Positions 30,935 through 40,054 of a stretch of DNA of 64,000 bases are shown one piece after another. Source of the stretch: Candidatus Kapaibacterium sp. (GTDB lineage Bacteria > Bacteroidota > Ignavibacteria > Kapaibacteriales > UBA2268); contig OY762428.1 of NCBI GenBank assembly GCA_963665665.1, positions 3,296,001 to 3,360,000 on the forward strand, in the 5' to 3' direction. The stretch's first letter is position 1. Every line of letters starts with the position of its first letter. The notes beneath the pieces were generated by a model that had not been told where the DNA came from, did no database searches, and saw only the letters and a program-made list of their open reading frames with translations. Position numbers and translations under genes: made by a program.

Positions 30935-31264
30935 ATCGGGCCTCTTATTATTTTTGAGAAAATGTCTTATTTAATATGTAACAAATGATCCAGCAAAAAG
31001 TCTCAGAATAATTTCATTTTTTTTAAAATAAATATTATATATTTCAGCAGGATAATTGTCAAGTAAGAGTGGGGCGGTATCTATTAAGGGTATTATGATA
31101 TCTTTGCAACAAAAAAAAACAGAATTATTAAGGTAATCACAACGTATAAAATTTTAAATTTAGAAATTTTACCAACTAAAAATTTTGAATAATTTTGAAT
31201 GATTATCCAAAAATCTTACTTTTTTATGATTTTGACAAAAGGAATTAATATTTAATGTGTCTTG

Positions 31265-31528
31265 CTAACTTACATTTCCGCCTGTATTACAGTAATTTGC
31301 TGGTTGAGTTCCTGCGTTGCATGTTCCGGGAGTATTAGCTCCCCCGCCCGCACACATGTAATAGAAATAATTATTCGTTGCCCCGTCGAAACAGGTTGTC
31401 CCAATTGGAAAAGAACCTGTATCACAAAATATAGCAGGTGCTGATGAACCAACAGCAGCAGATCCGTTAAAGCAGGCATTCTCAGAATTTTCACTCACGC
31501 AAATTAAATTTGGTTTTAAATATTTCAT
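31265..31528 (-). CDS. Cys/Gly-rich peptide with six CxxG repeats; candidate RiPP precursor
   Basis: 87 aa; leader MKYLKPNL; C19FNG, C35DTG, C46FDG, C59AGG, C70NAG, C80NTG; GGGAAAAGA upstream of the ATG; richer in GC than its AT-rich flanks. Confidence 0.7.
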   Translation of the reverse strand: MKYLKPNLICVSENSENACFNGSAAVGSSAPAIFCDTGSFPIGTTCFDGATNNYFYYMCAGGGANTPGTCNAGTQPANYCNTGGNVS

Positions 31529-31629
31529 TCTTTTCCCACAATTATTTGTTGCAAAGTTTTAATAAAATAATAAAACAAATATTACGATACAAATATTCAT
31601 ATAAAATAATAAATAAATATCTTCCGGGG

Positions 31630-31661
31630 TTTGATTATTATCCTCAATAATGATATTTTTG
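31630..31661 (+). promoter_or_regulatory. Bacteroidota-type promoter for gcvT
   Basis: TTTG (31630-31633), 20-nt spacer, TATTTTTG (31654-31661). Confidence 0.6.
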
Positions 31662-31776
31662 AACTTGTGAAGTTATAAACTTGCGAAATTCTAAAGTTTT
31701 ATACGCTTCCTTTTTAAATAGATTCAATTTACAGGAAAAGCCAAGAGGCAATTATATTATTTTTCGAGAGGGTTTT

Positions 31777-32865
31777 ATGAAAAAAACAGCTTTTCACGGG
31801 ATTCATACAAAGCTTGGAGCAAAGATGGTTTCCTTCGCCGGATACGAAATGCCAATTCAGTATCCAAAGGGTATTATCCACGAACATAAAGTAGTACGCG
31901 AAAGCGTAGGCGTTTTCGATGTTACCCACATGGGCGAATTTGAAGTCAGAGGCAAAGACGCACTGAACCTGGTACAGAAAATTACAGTTAACGATGCAGC
32001 TAAACTGAAACCCGGTAAGATTCAGTATTCAGCCATGTGCTACAAGGACGGCGGAATTGTTGATGACCTTCTTGTTTATTGCATGGAAGATTATTACATG
32101 CTGGTTGTAAATGCCGCCAATCTTGATAAAGATTACGATTGGGTAATGGAAAATGCAGAAGGCATGGATGTTGAGATAACAAATGTTTCAGATGAAATAT
32201 CCCTTCTCGCAGTTCAGGGGCCTAAATCACTTGATACACTCCGCAAAATTGCAGAAACTGAAATGGATGATATCGAATTTTATAACTATAAGTTCGGTAA
32301 GCTTGCCGGCCATGACATGATCCTTTCCAGGACAGGATACACCGGAGAACTCGGTTATGAATTATATTTCCGTGGAAATGAAGCAGACGCGGAAAAGATT
32401 TGGAATGCTATATTCGAAGCCGGCGAAGAATTCGGAATAGAACCCGTTGGCCTGGGTGCAAGAGACACTCTCCGCCTGGAAAAAGCATACATGCTTTATG
32501 GCAATGATATTGACCAGACAACAAATACACTCGAAGCAGGCCTGGGCTGGATAACCAAGCTTGCAAAAGGCGAATTCAATGCAAGCGACGTACTTGCCAA
32601 AGTGAAAGAAGAAGGACTTAAACGTCGCCTGGTTGGTTTTACTATGCAGTCTGAAAAGTTAATCCCGCGCCACAACTATAAAATTTTCAAAGGCGATGAA
32701 GAGATAGGTTATGTTACCAGCGGTAACCTTTCACCAATGCTTGAAAAACCAATTGGCCTTGGATATGTAAGGATCGATCAGAAAGAAGTTGGAAATATTA
32801 TTGAAATCGAAGCCAGGAAAAAACGCTGGCCTGCTGAAATAATCAAACTTCCTTTTGTTAAGTAA
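31777..32865 (+). CDS. gcvT: Glycine cleavage system aminomethyltransferase T
   Basis: Likely start is the ATG at 31777 (MKKTAFH); FAGYEMPIQY, FDVTHMGE, SRTGYTGELGYE, GLGARDTLRLE. Confidence 0.96.
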   Translation: MKKTAFHGIHTKLGAKMVSFAGYEMPIQYPKGIIHEHKVVRESVGVFDVTHMGEFEVRGKDALNLVQKITVNDAAKLKPGKIQYSAMCYKDGGIVDDLLVYCMEDYYMLVVNAANLDKDYDWVMENAEGMDVEITNVSDEISLLAVQGPKSLDTLRKIAETEMDDIEFYNYKFGKLAGHDMILSRTGYTGELGYELYFRGNEADAEKIWNAIFEAGEEFGIEPVGLGARDTLRLEKAYMLYGNDIDQTTNTLEAGLGWITKLAKGEFNASDVLAKVKEEGLKRRLVGFTMQSEKLIPRHNYKIFKGDEEIGYVTSGNLSPMLEKPIGLGYVRIDQKEVGNIIEIEARKKRWPAEIIKLPFVK

Positions 32866-33037
32866 TTTTTCCAAAATTTTGACATCAGGAATCAACGTGA
32901 TTTTCAAAATCTTAGTTTTTGATTATTCCGATTCAGTTTCCGACCTCTGCCAAAAACAAGAGTTGTGTGAAGCTCTCCCCGAAGGGGGAGGGCTTTGCAG
33001 CTATGGCGATGTCTCTTTATTTAAATATTTACGATTT

Positions 33038-33108
33038 GGCATTCTGAAGCGTTGTGAAGAATCCAGTATTTTTTCGGATTATTGATTCTTCGCTGTGCTC
33101 AGAATGAT
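33038..33108. repeat. REP-like palindrome (CATTCTGA...GAAGAATC / GATTCTTC...TCAGAATG)
   Basis: ggcattctgaagcgttgtgaagaatc ... gattcttcgctgtgctcagaatgat; same family as 26541, 28290 and 62398. Confidence 0.7.
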
Positions 33109-33154
33109 AATTTTTCTCCCTTTTAAGACACACCCTTTGGGGTGGTCAGGCATG

Positions 33155-33239
33155 ATAATATTTTATTGTTCAGATATGTTGATGTAGTAAAAAATTATTA
33201 ATATAAACGACATATTATTTTATGGCGTTGTTCTTCTAA
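33155..33239 (+). repeat. Dispersed ~85-bp repeat, copy 1
   Basis: Aligns by eye with 49342-49421. Confidence 0.7.
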
Positions 33240-33280
33240 CCCTTTAATTTATAGTTCCCGCATCAGAGGTTCTTAATCTA

Positions 33281-34243
33281 TTATTTGAAGTAAGAATTTA
33301 TCCGGATAGTCACATTCTCTTTCAGGTTATTGAAGAAAAAACTATAATCCAGCTTATGATATACACCCGTTGGAAACGGAGCTGAACTATATACCGCAGG
33401 ATCAGGTGTTCCGGCTATTAGTGCGCCATTTTCGTCAATCCGGGCATCTGTAAAATTATTGACAGTTGAATCAACTTCCCCGTTTGCATTAAAAAATACA
33501 GCCCCGGTATTTAATTCTTTGGGAGCATATTCATTTGTCCTTGTCCAGTTCAGAGGATTAACACAATTTGCTCCGGGCAATAGAACCGGAGAACCAAAAG
33601 CAGTTTCGGACTGAGTGTTGTATGTTATTATTACTCCTGTATCATCTGCGCATTCTGCAATTTTCAGCCAGTCACATTCGGAAAGGTCTTCATCGGTTAC
33701 GGAATATCCTATCAGATAAGCTGCTACGAGCTTCTTCATCAACTTGTCATTAGCAAATTTATCCTTTATCAATTGAATCAATATCTGTGATCCCTGGCTG
33801 TGTCCGGCCAAAATAAATGGCCTTCCGGCATTCAGGTTAGTAATATAATAATCAAAGGCACGCTCAATATCATTATAGCCGATTGAGTAGAAGGAATTTC
33901 TTTCTTCTGCATTTAAATATAGCCCATCCATTGACATCTGCCGGTAATAAGGAACATAAATATTACATTCCTCATAAAAAATACCGGTCTGCTTCGGTAT
34001 CACTGCCTGAACCAAACTTCTCATCTGATCATCATTAATATCCATATTTTTATTTTCCCGGCCTCCGAACAAAGTCGGATACACGTAAAATACATCAACT
34101 ACTTTATCAGCAACTGAAGGATTGGATGCCCAGTTATAATCATCCGAATAGTCAGGAGTCTGGACTGATTCTGTAGAATTATCACCACAGGAAACAGACA
34201 TGAGCAATATTAGTAAAAGTAAACGGATTATTGTAGTTCTCAT
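33281..34243 (-). CDS. DUF3089 alpha/beta-hydrolase lipoprotein
   Basis: DVFYVYPT, PYYRQ, GRPFILAGHSQGS, CVNPLNW, YH..DY; lipobox SVSC. Confidence 0.9.
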   Translation of the reverse strand: MRTTIIRLLLLILLMSVSCGDNSTESVQTPDYSDDYNWASNPSVADKVVDVFYVYPTLFGGRENKNMDINDDQMRSLVQAVIPKQTGIFYEECNIYVPYYRQMSMDGLYLNAEERNSFYSIGYNDIERAFDYYITNLNAGRPFILAGHSQGSQILIQLIKDKFANDKLMKKLVAAYLIGYSVTDEDLSECDWLKIAECADDTGVIITYNTQSETAFGSPVLLPGANCVNPLNWTRTNEYAPKELNTGAVFFNANGEVDSTVNNFTDARIDENGALIAGTPDPAVYSSAPFPTGVYHKLDYSFFFNNLKENVTIRINSYFK

Positions 34244-34245
34244 AT

Positions 34246-35031
34246 TTATCCAGTATTAGTTGTTTCATTCTTCCTTAAAATCCAGGTAGAACAGATCATA
34301 TCATTCTCAATTAATTTGCATTCCTCAATCTGGTTGGCCATATACCGGTCAAATAAGTCAATACTCCCGGGAAATTGTTCTTTTAATTCGGATATTCTGT
34401 TATTTATGCATTCGTTATTATAATTATTTATCGATTTTATTTTATCGATATCCCAGTATATTTTATCAACTACCTGAAGTGGTGATTCTCTCATTTGCCA
34501 TAAAAGCTCTTTTTCCGTGGGTAAACCTTCTAATCGGGGTTTGCCTTCAGGAGTACATGCAATTTCCATGATACAGTATCCATTCGCATCAATACATTTT
34601 ATTAAGCGGGATATTGTTTCACTAACATTTCCAAGAATTTCAGAATCATATCCATAAAGAACTAAATCATACTTATCTTCTTTGTCTATATATTCTAAAA
34701 TATTACCGGTATGAAATTCAAGCCGGTTATCAAATAACTTTTCAGCAGATACTTTATCAGCAGCTTCAATAAATTCCGGAACAATATCAATTCCCGTGCC
34801 CTGGAAATTCAGCCTTTCAGCAAGATATAAAAGTACAGCTCCCTTTCCGCAGCCAAAATCAATAATTTTTTTTATACTAAGGCTATCTGTATTCCGCTCA
34901 ACAAGGCGGTAAATATATTCAGGAATGCTGCCAAGCTCCGAAAGATCCTGCAGGGAATATGGTATGAATTTTTCCATTTCCTCATCTATCAGGTCAAGTG
35001 AGTCCAGAAATTCTTTATTTGAATTTTCCAC
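34246..35031 (-). CDS. Class I SAM-dependent methyltransferase
   Basis: IIDFGCGKG motif I; GIDI. Confidence 0.85.
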   Translation of the reverse strand: MENSNKEFLDSLDLIDEEMEKFIPYSLQDLSELGSIPEYIYRLVERNTDSLSIKKIIDFGCGKGAVLLYLAERLNFQGTGIDIVPEFIEAADKVSAEKLFDNRLEFHTGNILEYIDKEDKYDLVLYGYDSEILGNVSETISRLIKCIDANGYCIMEIACTPEGKPRLEGLPTEKELLWQMRESPLQVVDKIYWDIDKIKSINNYNNECINNRISELKEQFPGSIDLFDRYMANQIEECKLIENDMICSTWILRKNETTNTG

Positions 35032-35275
35032 GGTTCTCCATACTATTATCGATCATTCAATTTTTAGAAAATACAAAAAAATCCAATATAATTTTTAGAG
35101 GTCTGGCAACGTCTCTTAAAGTGTAAAAACTTTTGGATATTTGAAAAAATAACAAAATTTTAATTTAAATAATTGCAAAACAATTTGTATTATGGGCACA
35201 GCGAAGGATAAATATATCCATGATAACGGGATGATGATAAAATAAGTTTGATAAATTGACTAATATCAGGTTGCC

Positions 35276-35743
35276 ATGGCGAATCCTTTAAAAATATTGA
35301 TACTTCAAAACAGCGATCTTAGAAGAAAGCTTTTTGTCAGATATTTTGAAAATACCTCAGGATTTGATGTTGATTCCTGCTTAACCCCTGATGAAGCCTT
35401 TGAAAAACTCAGTTCGAATAATTACGATATTTTCTTTATCAGCCGGGGCGTTGATACTGAAACTTATGAAAAGAATAAGGAAAGTTTCAGCAACCTGCCA
35501 CTCGAATTCCGCCCGTTCAACGGAGAATCATTTGTCAGGGAAAAGAGAAAAATTTTGAAACCGGATACTCTGGTATTCATGGATACTGATATTATATCAA
35601 TGGAAGGCCTGTCGATTTTTTACAGGGCCGGTGTTGATTATGTGTTTACGAAACTAGAGATAGACGATAAAACTCCCGGATTGATAAGAGATATTTATTT
35701 CAGGCAAATTGAAGAACTAAAGAATATTTCTGATGAAAAGTAA
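35276..35743 (+). CDS. Atypical single-domain receiver (phosphoacceptor Asp replaced), paralog 1
   Basis: KILIL...EAFEKL...YDIFFIS...F.GE...AGVDYVFTK receiver-fold pattern. Confidence 0.65.
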   Translation: MANPLKILILQNSDLRRKLFVRYFENTSGFDVDSCLTPDEAFEKLSSNNYDIFFISRGVDTETYEKNKESFSNLPLEFRPFNGESFVREKRKILKPDTLVFMDTDIISMEGLSIFYRAGVDYVFTKLEIDDKTPGLIRDIYFRQIEELKNISDEK

Positions 35744-35817
35744 TATTAACTATTTTTTGTAAAACGGTCGAAGATAATTTGAAAGAACAAGGTTTTGTTA
35801 AGATAATCGGGAAAAAT

Positions 35818-36273
35818 ATGCAGGAAGAAATAAAAATTTTGATACTCGAAAGCATGGACATTACGAGAAAGCTTTACGGCAGGTACTTTGAAAATAACGG
35901 AAATTTCATAGTAGATACATGCAGGAATTCTGATGAAGCAGCCGAAAAACTAAGCCGGCAAAAATACGACATTCTTTTCAGCTGCAGGGTTACCGACCCC
36001 AAATCATACAAGAAGATCAGGGAAAGATATGATGACCTGATCCTTGATTTTCGCTACTTCGACGGCGAGATATTTATAATGGACAATATTGAGATTTTAA
36101 AACCCGGCACACTGATCATTCTGTATTCCGACACAGTATCCTGGGACGGTACAACGGGGTTTTACAAATGCGGAATAGATTACCTGCTTACAAGGAATGA
36201 AATATGCGAAACCACACCCGAGCTGATAAAGAACCTTTACACGGCCAGATACAGCAGGGCACTAACGGCGTGA
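35818..36273 (+). CDS. Atypical single-domain receiver, paralog 2
   Basis: Start is probably the ATG at 35818; colinear with paralog 1 (KILIL, RYFEN, YDI, FR.F.GE, ILKP, FY..G.DY, TP.LI). Confidence 0.65.
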   Translation: MQEEIKILILESMDITRKLYGRYFENNGNFIVDTCRNSDEAAEKLSRQKYDILFSCRVTDPKSYKKIRERYDDLILDFRYFDGEIFIMDNIEILKPGTLIILYSDTVSWDGTTGFYKCGIDYLLTRNEICETTPELIKNLYTARYSRALTA

Positions 36274-36356
36274 ATGAATCAATCGACTAATTGGTCTGTA
36301 GGCTGTCTTTTAATAGCATAACAAGCATTTTATTTTATAATTTTTTATTATCGATG

Positions 36357-36460
36357 AACCACCCCTTTAATCACCTCCACGGGATGGGAATTAACTCCAT
36401 GATATTCATAGAATAAGGATATTCCCCTCCGGCGGAGGGGTGCCCGAAGGGCGGGGTGGT
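36357..36460. repeat. GC-rich palindromic intergenic element (CCCCTCC..GGAGGGG type)
   Basis: accacccc ... ttcccctccggcggaggggtgcccgaagggcggggtggt; nested hairpins; related motif ctctccccgaagggggaggg at 32973-32992. Confidence 0.6.
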
Positions 36461-36613
36461 GTAAAATACTTTTAGAATAAAGAAACATCACGTTTTTGCA
36501 TTTAAAATTTGTCCCACGATCTTGGGTACCAAAGGATATTTTTCAAAATCACCAATTCAAACCCAACTTTAGATCATTCTCAAATCTTCCAAACAAATTA
36601 TTTTCCAATCTCT

Positions 36614-37777
36614 TTATCCTTTCTTTTTCACCCTTATACCAAAAATAAGCAGCAGGGAGGAAAGGATAATTAGTATTAATGCGGAAATTTGGAAGGCTCC
36701 GGCTACTTCGTGCCTGTCTATCAGGGGCTGGGCTATTATAGGCGACATAAACATCCCCAGGAATGTAAACGAGGATACCAGGCTGACCATCCTGCCGCGC
36801 ATTGCCGGGGCCGTAATGCTCATCATCCATAAATTGCCCGAAGGCATCAGCAGTCCGGCGCCACCGCCTACCAGAACAAGTGATATAATTGCCTCGATGT
36901 AACTGCTACTAAGTGACTCTGCAAAGTACCCCAGTCCCATAAATGCAAATGCAAGGGCATATATAAAGGGATAAATCAGGCGCTTCTTTATCCTGCCGTA
37001 ATTATAAGCCACAATGGAAGACATCAGTGTGGAAAATGATATTGCCAGGCCCGTCATTGTGTTGGTGACGCCCTCCATTTTAGCAAGGTAATAGGGCATC
37101 TGCACGGGCATCAGGTAGAAATATACTATTCCCGTGAATACAAGGAACAAAATCAGTACAATCTTCCCCACAGGCAGTTTACCGCCGGATGAAACCTCCG
37201 AATCATATTCGCTTACTTCCGGCTCGAATAGAAATGCCATAACCATGAATAGTACCGGAACTGAAAAAGCATAGATTAGAAAGGGCATACGCCATTCAAT
37301 ATCGGTCAGCCAGCCGGAAAGAGAAATGAAAAATACTCCGCCAAATCCTATGAAAGACCCCTGCACACCCATAAAGCGATTCCTTTCATCTCCTTTGAAG
37401 TAATCACCCACAAGAGTGGAAGATACCGTCATGATCCCGGAAATTGCCACCCCAAGCAGAAGCCTGCCGCCAAGAATCAGGTAGAGATCGTTCAGGAAAA
37501 AGCCCGAACAGCCCCCGATGCAATATATTATCAGAGAGCTTATCAATACCATTTTTCTGCCGAACCTGTCAATAATAAAACCGGCAAGGGGCGAGAAAAA
37601 CACCACCGGCAGCGCCGGAATTGTAATAATAAGCCTTACCAGCAGGTCGGCATTTTCAATATGCCCGAAGTTGGTGTTTATCTGTGGAAGGGCAGGTGAT
37701 ACAACCGCTCCTGCCATCATGGTCATCATGCTGCTCAGCAGCAGTGTCAGCTTCAGTAATTTATTTTTATTGCCCAT
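36614..37777 (-). CDS. MFS transporter
   Basis: 387 aa hydrophobic; motif A GFIIDRFGRK; GRLLLG. Confidence 0.92.
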   Translation of the reverse strand: MGNKNKLLKLTLLLSSMMTMMAGAVVSPALPQINTNFGHIENADLLVRLIITIPALPVVFFSPLAGFIIDRFGRKMVLISSLIIYCIGGCSGFFLNDLYLILGGRLLLGVAISGIMTVSSTLVGDYFKGDERNRFMGVQGSFIGFGGVFFISLSGWLTDIEWRMPFLIYAFSVPVLFMVMAFLFEPEVSEYDSEVSSGGKLPVGKIVLILFLVFTGIVYFYLMPVQMPYYLAKMEGVTNTMTGLAISFSTLMSSIVAYNYGRIKKRLIYPFIYALAFAFMGLGYFAESLSSSYIEAIISLVLVGGGAGLLMPSGNLWMMSITAPAMRGRMVSLVSSFTFLGMFMSPIIAQPLIDRHEVAGAFQISALILIILSSLLLIFGIRVKKKG

Positions 37778-38140
37778 ATATTAGAAAAACATCTTTAATT
37801 TTTTGCGCTAATCCTACAATGGTTAAAGATATAAAAATATTTCGGATATTTCTCATTTAGGGCGGCAAAGTATTGCAGTTTTAGCCTCCCGAATAAATTC
37901 ATTTGTTCAGAAGTTGCAAATTTACCCTTTAAGTTCCAAATTTTAAGCATTTTCTGCTGCCTGAAATCGAAGTATATATAATTGGATACAACTTTTCGAA
38001 CAAAACAATATATACTTTATAAATCATTGATATACTACTTGCTTTTTTTATTGGCGGGTATCGTTTTAAGTGTTATATTAATGGTTTGAAAATAATATTT
38101 ATTAATTGAACGGATTATTGAACGACCGAACAGGTGAAAG

Positions 38141-39688
38141 ATGAATACAAATATTGATAACTTTGCCCTGACAAACCAAATATCACAAATGACTGGTAAA
38201 AGCAGGAATGAGTTTACACGCGATGACCTGATTGATGTCATCATTAAAAAAGGGATTGAAAGAATTACTTTTAATTACACTGGTATTGACGGGAAAATCA
38301 AAGAATTGAGAATACCAATCTGCAGCCGACAGCAGGCCGAAGTTATTCTTACCGAAGGCGAAAGGGTGGACGGATCCTCATTATTCAAGGGTATGATAGA
38401 CCCCGGAAAATCCGATCTATATGTTATTCCTGTTTACAAAACAGCCTTTATAAATCCTTTCGATGAAAAAAGCCTTAATATGGTTTGCCGTTTCTTAACT
38501 CCCGAGGGCGAACTCGCTGATTTTGCACCTGACAATATACTCGCAAAAGCTGCCGGCGAAATCAAGAAGAAAACAGGAATGGAACTTCATGCCCTGGGAG
38601 AATTGGAATTCTACCTTATGAGCGATCCTGAGAACCGCTCATTCCCTATGCCAAAACAAAAAGGATACCATGCAAGTGCCCCTTATGTAAAATCAGGGCA
38701 TATCCTGAACGAAATGCTCCACCATATTGCGATGATCAGCGGGAACGTGAAATATGCTCACAACGAAGTCGGATTCCTGGATGATGTAAAAAGCGACCAT
38801 AAAGAAATAAACGGCAAAATGGCTCAGCAGGTGGAAATTGAATTTCTGCCCACACCTATCGAAGATACCGGTGATATTCTTGTCCTGTCGCGCTGGATAA
38901 TCAGAAACGTGGCTTTCAGGCATAACTGTGTTGCAACATTTGTTCCAAAACTTGAGATTGGACATGCCGGAACTGGTATGCATGTACACATGATGCTGAA
39001 AAAAGACGGCAAAAATGTAATGGTTGATTCCGACGGAGAACTCAGCGATATAGCTAAAAATGTTATTGGCGGCCTTTGCCACTATGCTACAAGCATCAGT
39101 GCTTTCGGGAATATGGTTTCAGCATCATACCTGCGTCTGGTGCCACATCAGGAAGCGCCCACGAAAGTATGCTGGAGCGCTATGAACCGCTCAGCTCTTG
39201 TTCGTGTGCCACTTGGATGGAATAATGTATGTAACCTGACAAATATTGTAAATCCGAAGCAACCGGATATTTCAAAGACTATTGATTCAAGGCAGACCGT
39301 GGAACTGAGAAGCCCCGACGGAAGCTGTAATTCACATTTATTACTGGCTGCAATAGCAAGCGCCGTGAACTGGGGACTTACAAACGGCAAGGAATCTCTT
39401 GCCAATGCCAAAAATTCACATGTTGTTGGAAATATTCACGACAGCCAGGTATGCTCTGATCTGCCGGAACTGCCTACAAGCTGCGAGGAATCTGCTGAAA
39501 TTCTCCTGCAACATCGCGATCTGTATGAAGAAAGCGGAATGTTCCCGGCAAATGTAATTTCCTATATTGCTTCAGTTCTGAAGAATGAAAATGATGCGGA
39601 ACTTAACAAACGCCTTATGTCGCTTCCTGATGAAGAAAAGCTCCAGGAATCCCGCAGGATAATGCACAGGGATATCCACAGGAATTAA
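38141..39688 (+). CDS. glnA: Glutamine synthetase family protein
   Basis: RVDGSSLF, GELEFY, HNEVG, GHAGTGMHVH, YLRLVPHQEAPT, NRSALVRVP, ELRSPDGS. Confidence 0.88.
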   Translation: MNTNIDNFALTNQISQMTGKSRNEFTRDDLIDVIIKKGIERITFNYTGIDGKIKELRIPICSRQQAEVILTEGERVDGSSLFKGMIDPGKSDLYVIPVYKTAFINPFDEKSLNMVCRFLTPEGELADFAPDNILAKAAGEIKKKTGMELHALGELEFYLMSDPENRSFPMPKQKGYHASAPYVKSGHILNEMLHHIAMISGNVKYAHNEVGFLDDVKSDHKEINGKMAQQVEIEFLPTPIEDTGDILVLSRWIIRNVAFRHNCVATFVPKLEIGHAGTGMHVHMMLKKDGKNVMVDSDGELSDIAKNVIGGLCHYATSISAFGNMVSASYLRLVPHQEAPTKVCWSAMNRSALVRVPLGWNNVCNLTNIVNPKQPDISKTIDSRQTVELRSPDGSCNSHLLLAAIASAVNWGLTNGKESLANAKNSHVVGNIHDSQVCSDLPELPTSCEESAEILLQHRDLYEESGMFPANVISYIASVLKNENDAELNKRLMSLPDEEKLQESRRIMHRDIHRN

Positions 39689-40054
39689 TTTTGAGTGCAG
39701 TAATTTATCAGTATTCAAATTAATATAAAAAATTAAGCGATTCAGAAAAATCCGGCCCTCCCCGAATCCTGTAAATGATATTTACCATGGAATTTGTTGG
39801 AAGGGCTTTTTTTTTAAATAGTAATTCTAATAGACATAATCTTTCTGAATGGTAATATGTTTTTTCGAACAAGCTCTGCTGCCGGATGCTTTTATATCCT
39901 ATATTATTGGGAGATTTTAATACATTTTATTATATTGAAAATTCGATTGATACGAGGTAAAGGTAAAGGCGTTTTACCCGGGACGATTTTTTTACAGCGC
40001 TGCTCCTTCCGTCTGTCAATCAGGTAAGAAAATTGGTGATTTTACAAAAGGAAA

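Noticed and set aside
31262-31494. Alternative ORFs 31262..31444 (+) and 31270..31494 (-) at the peptide locus
   Set aside because: The 31265..31528 frame has an ATG, an RBS-like sequence and a periodic CxxG pattern; the others are shadows
31530-31776. Glycine riboswitch expected upstream of gcvT
   Set aside because: Leader is very AT-rich and lacks the GGAGA...CCGAAG...CTCTCAGG consensus
31681-31776. Extended TTG start for gcvT in the ORF track
   Set aside because: Family similarity begins at MKKTAFH (ATG 31777), which follows a GAGAGGG RBS-like sequence
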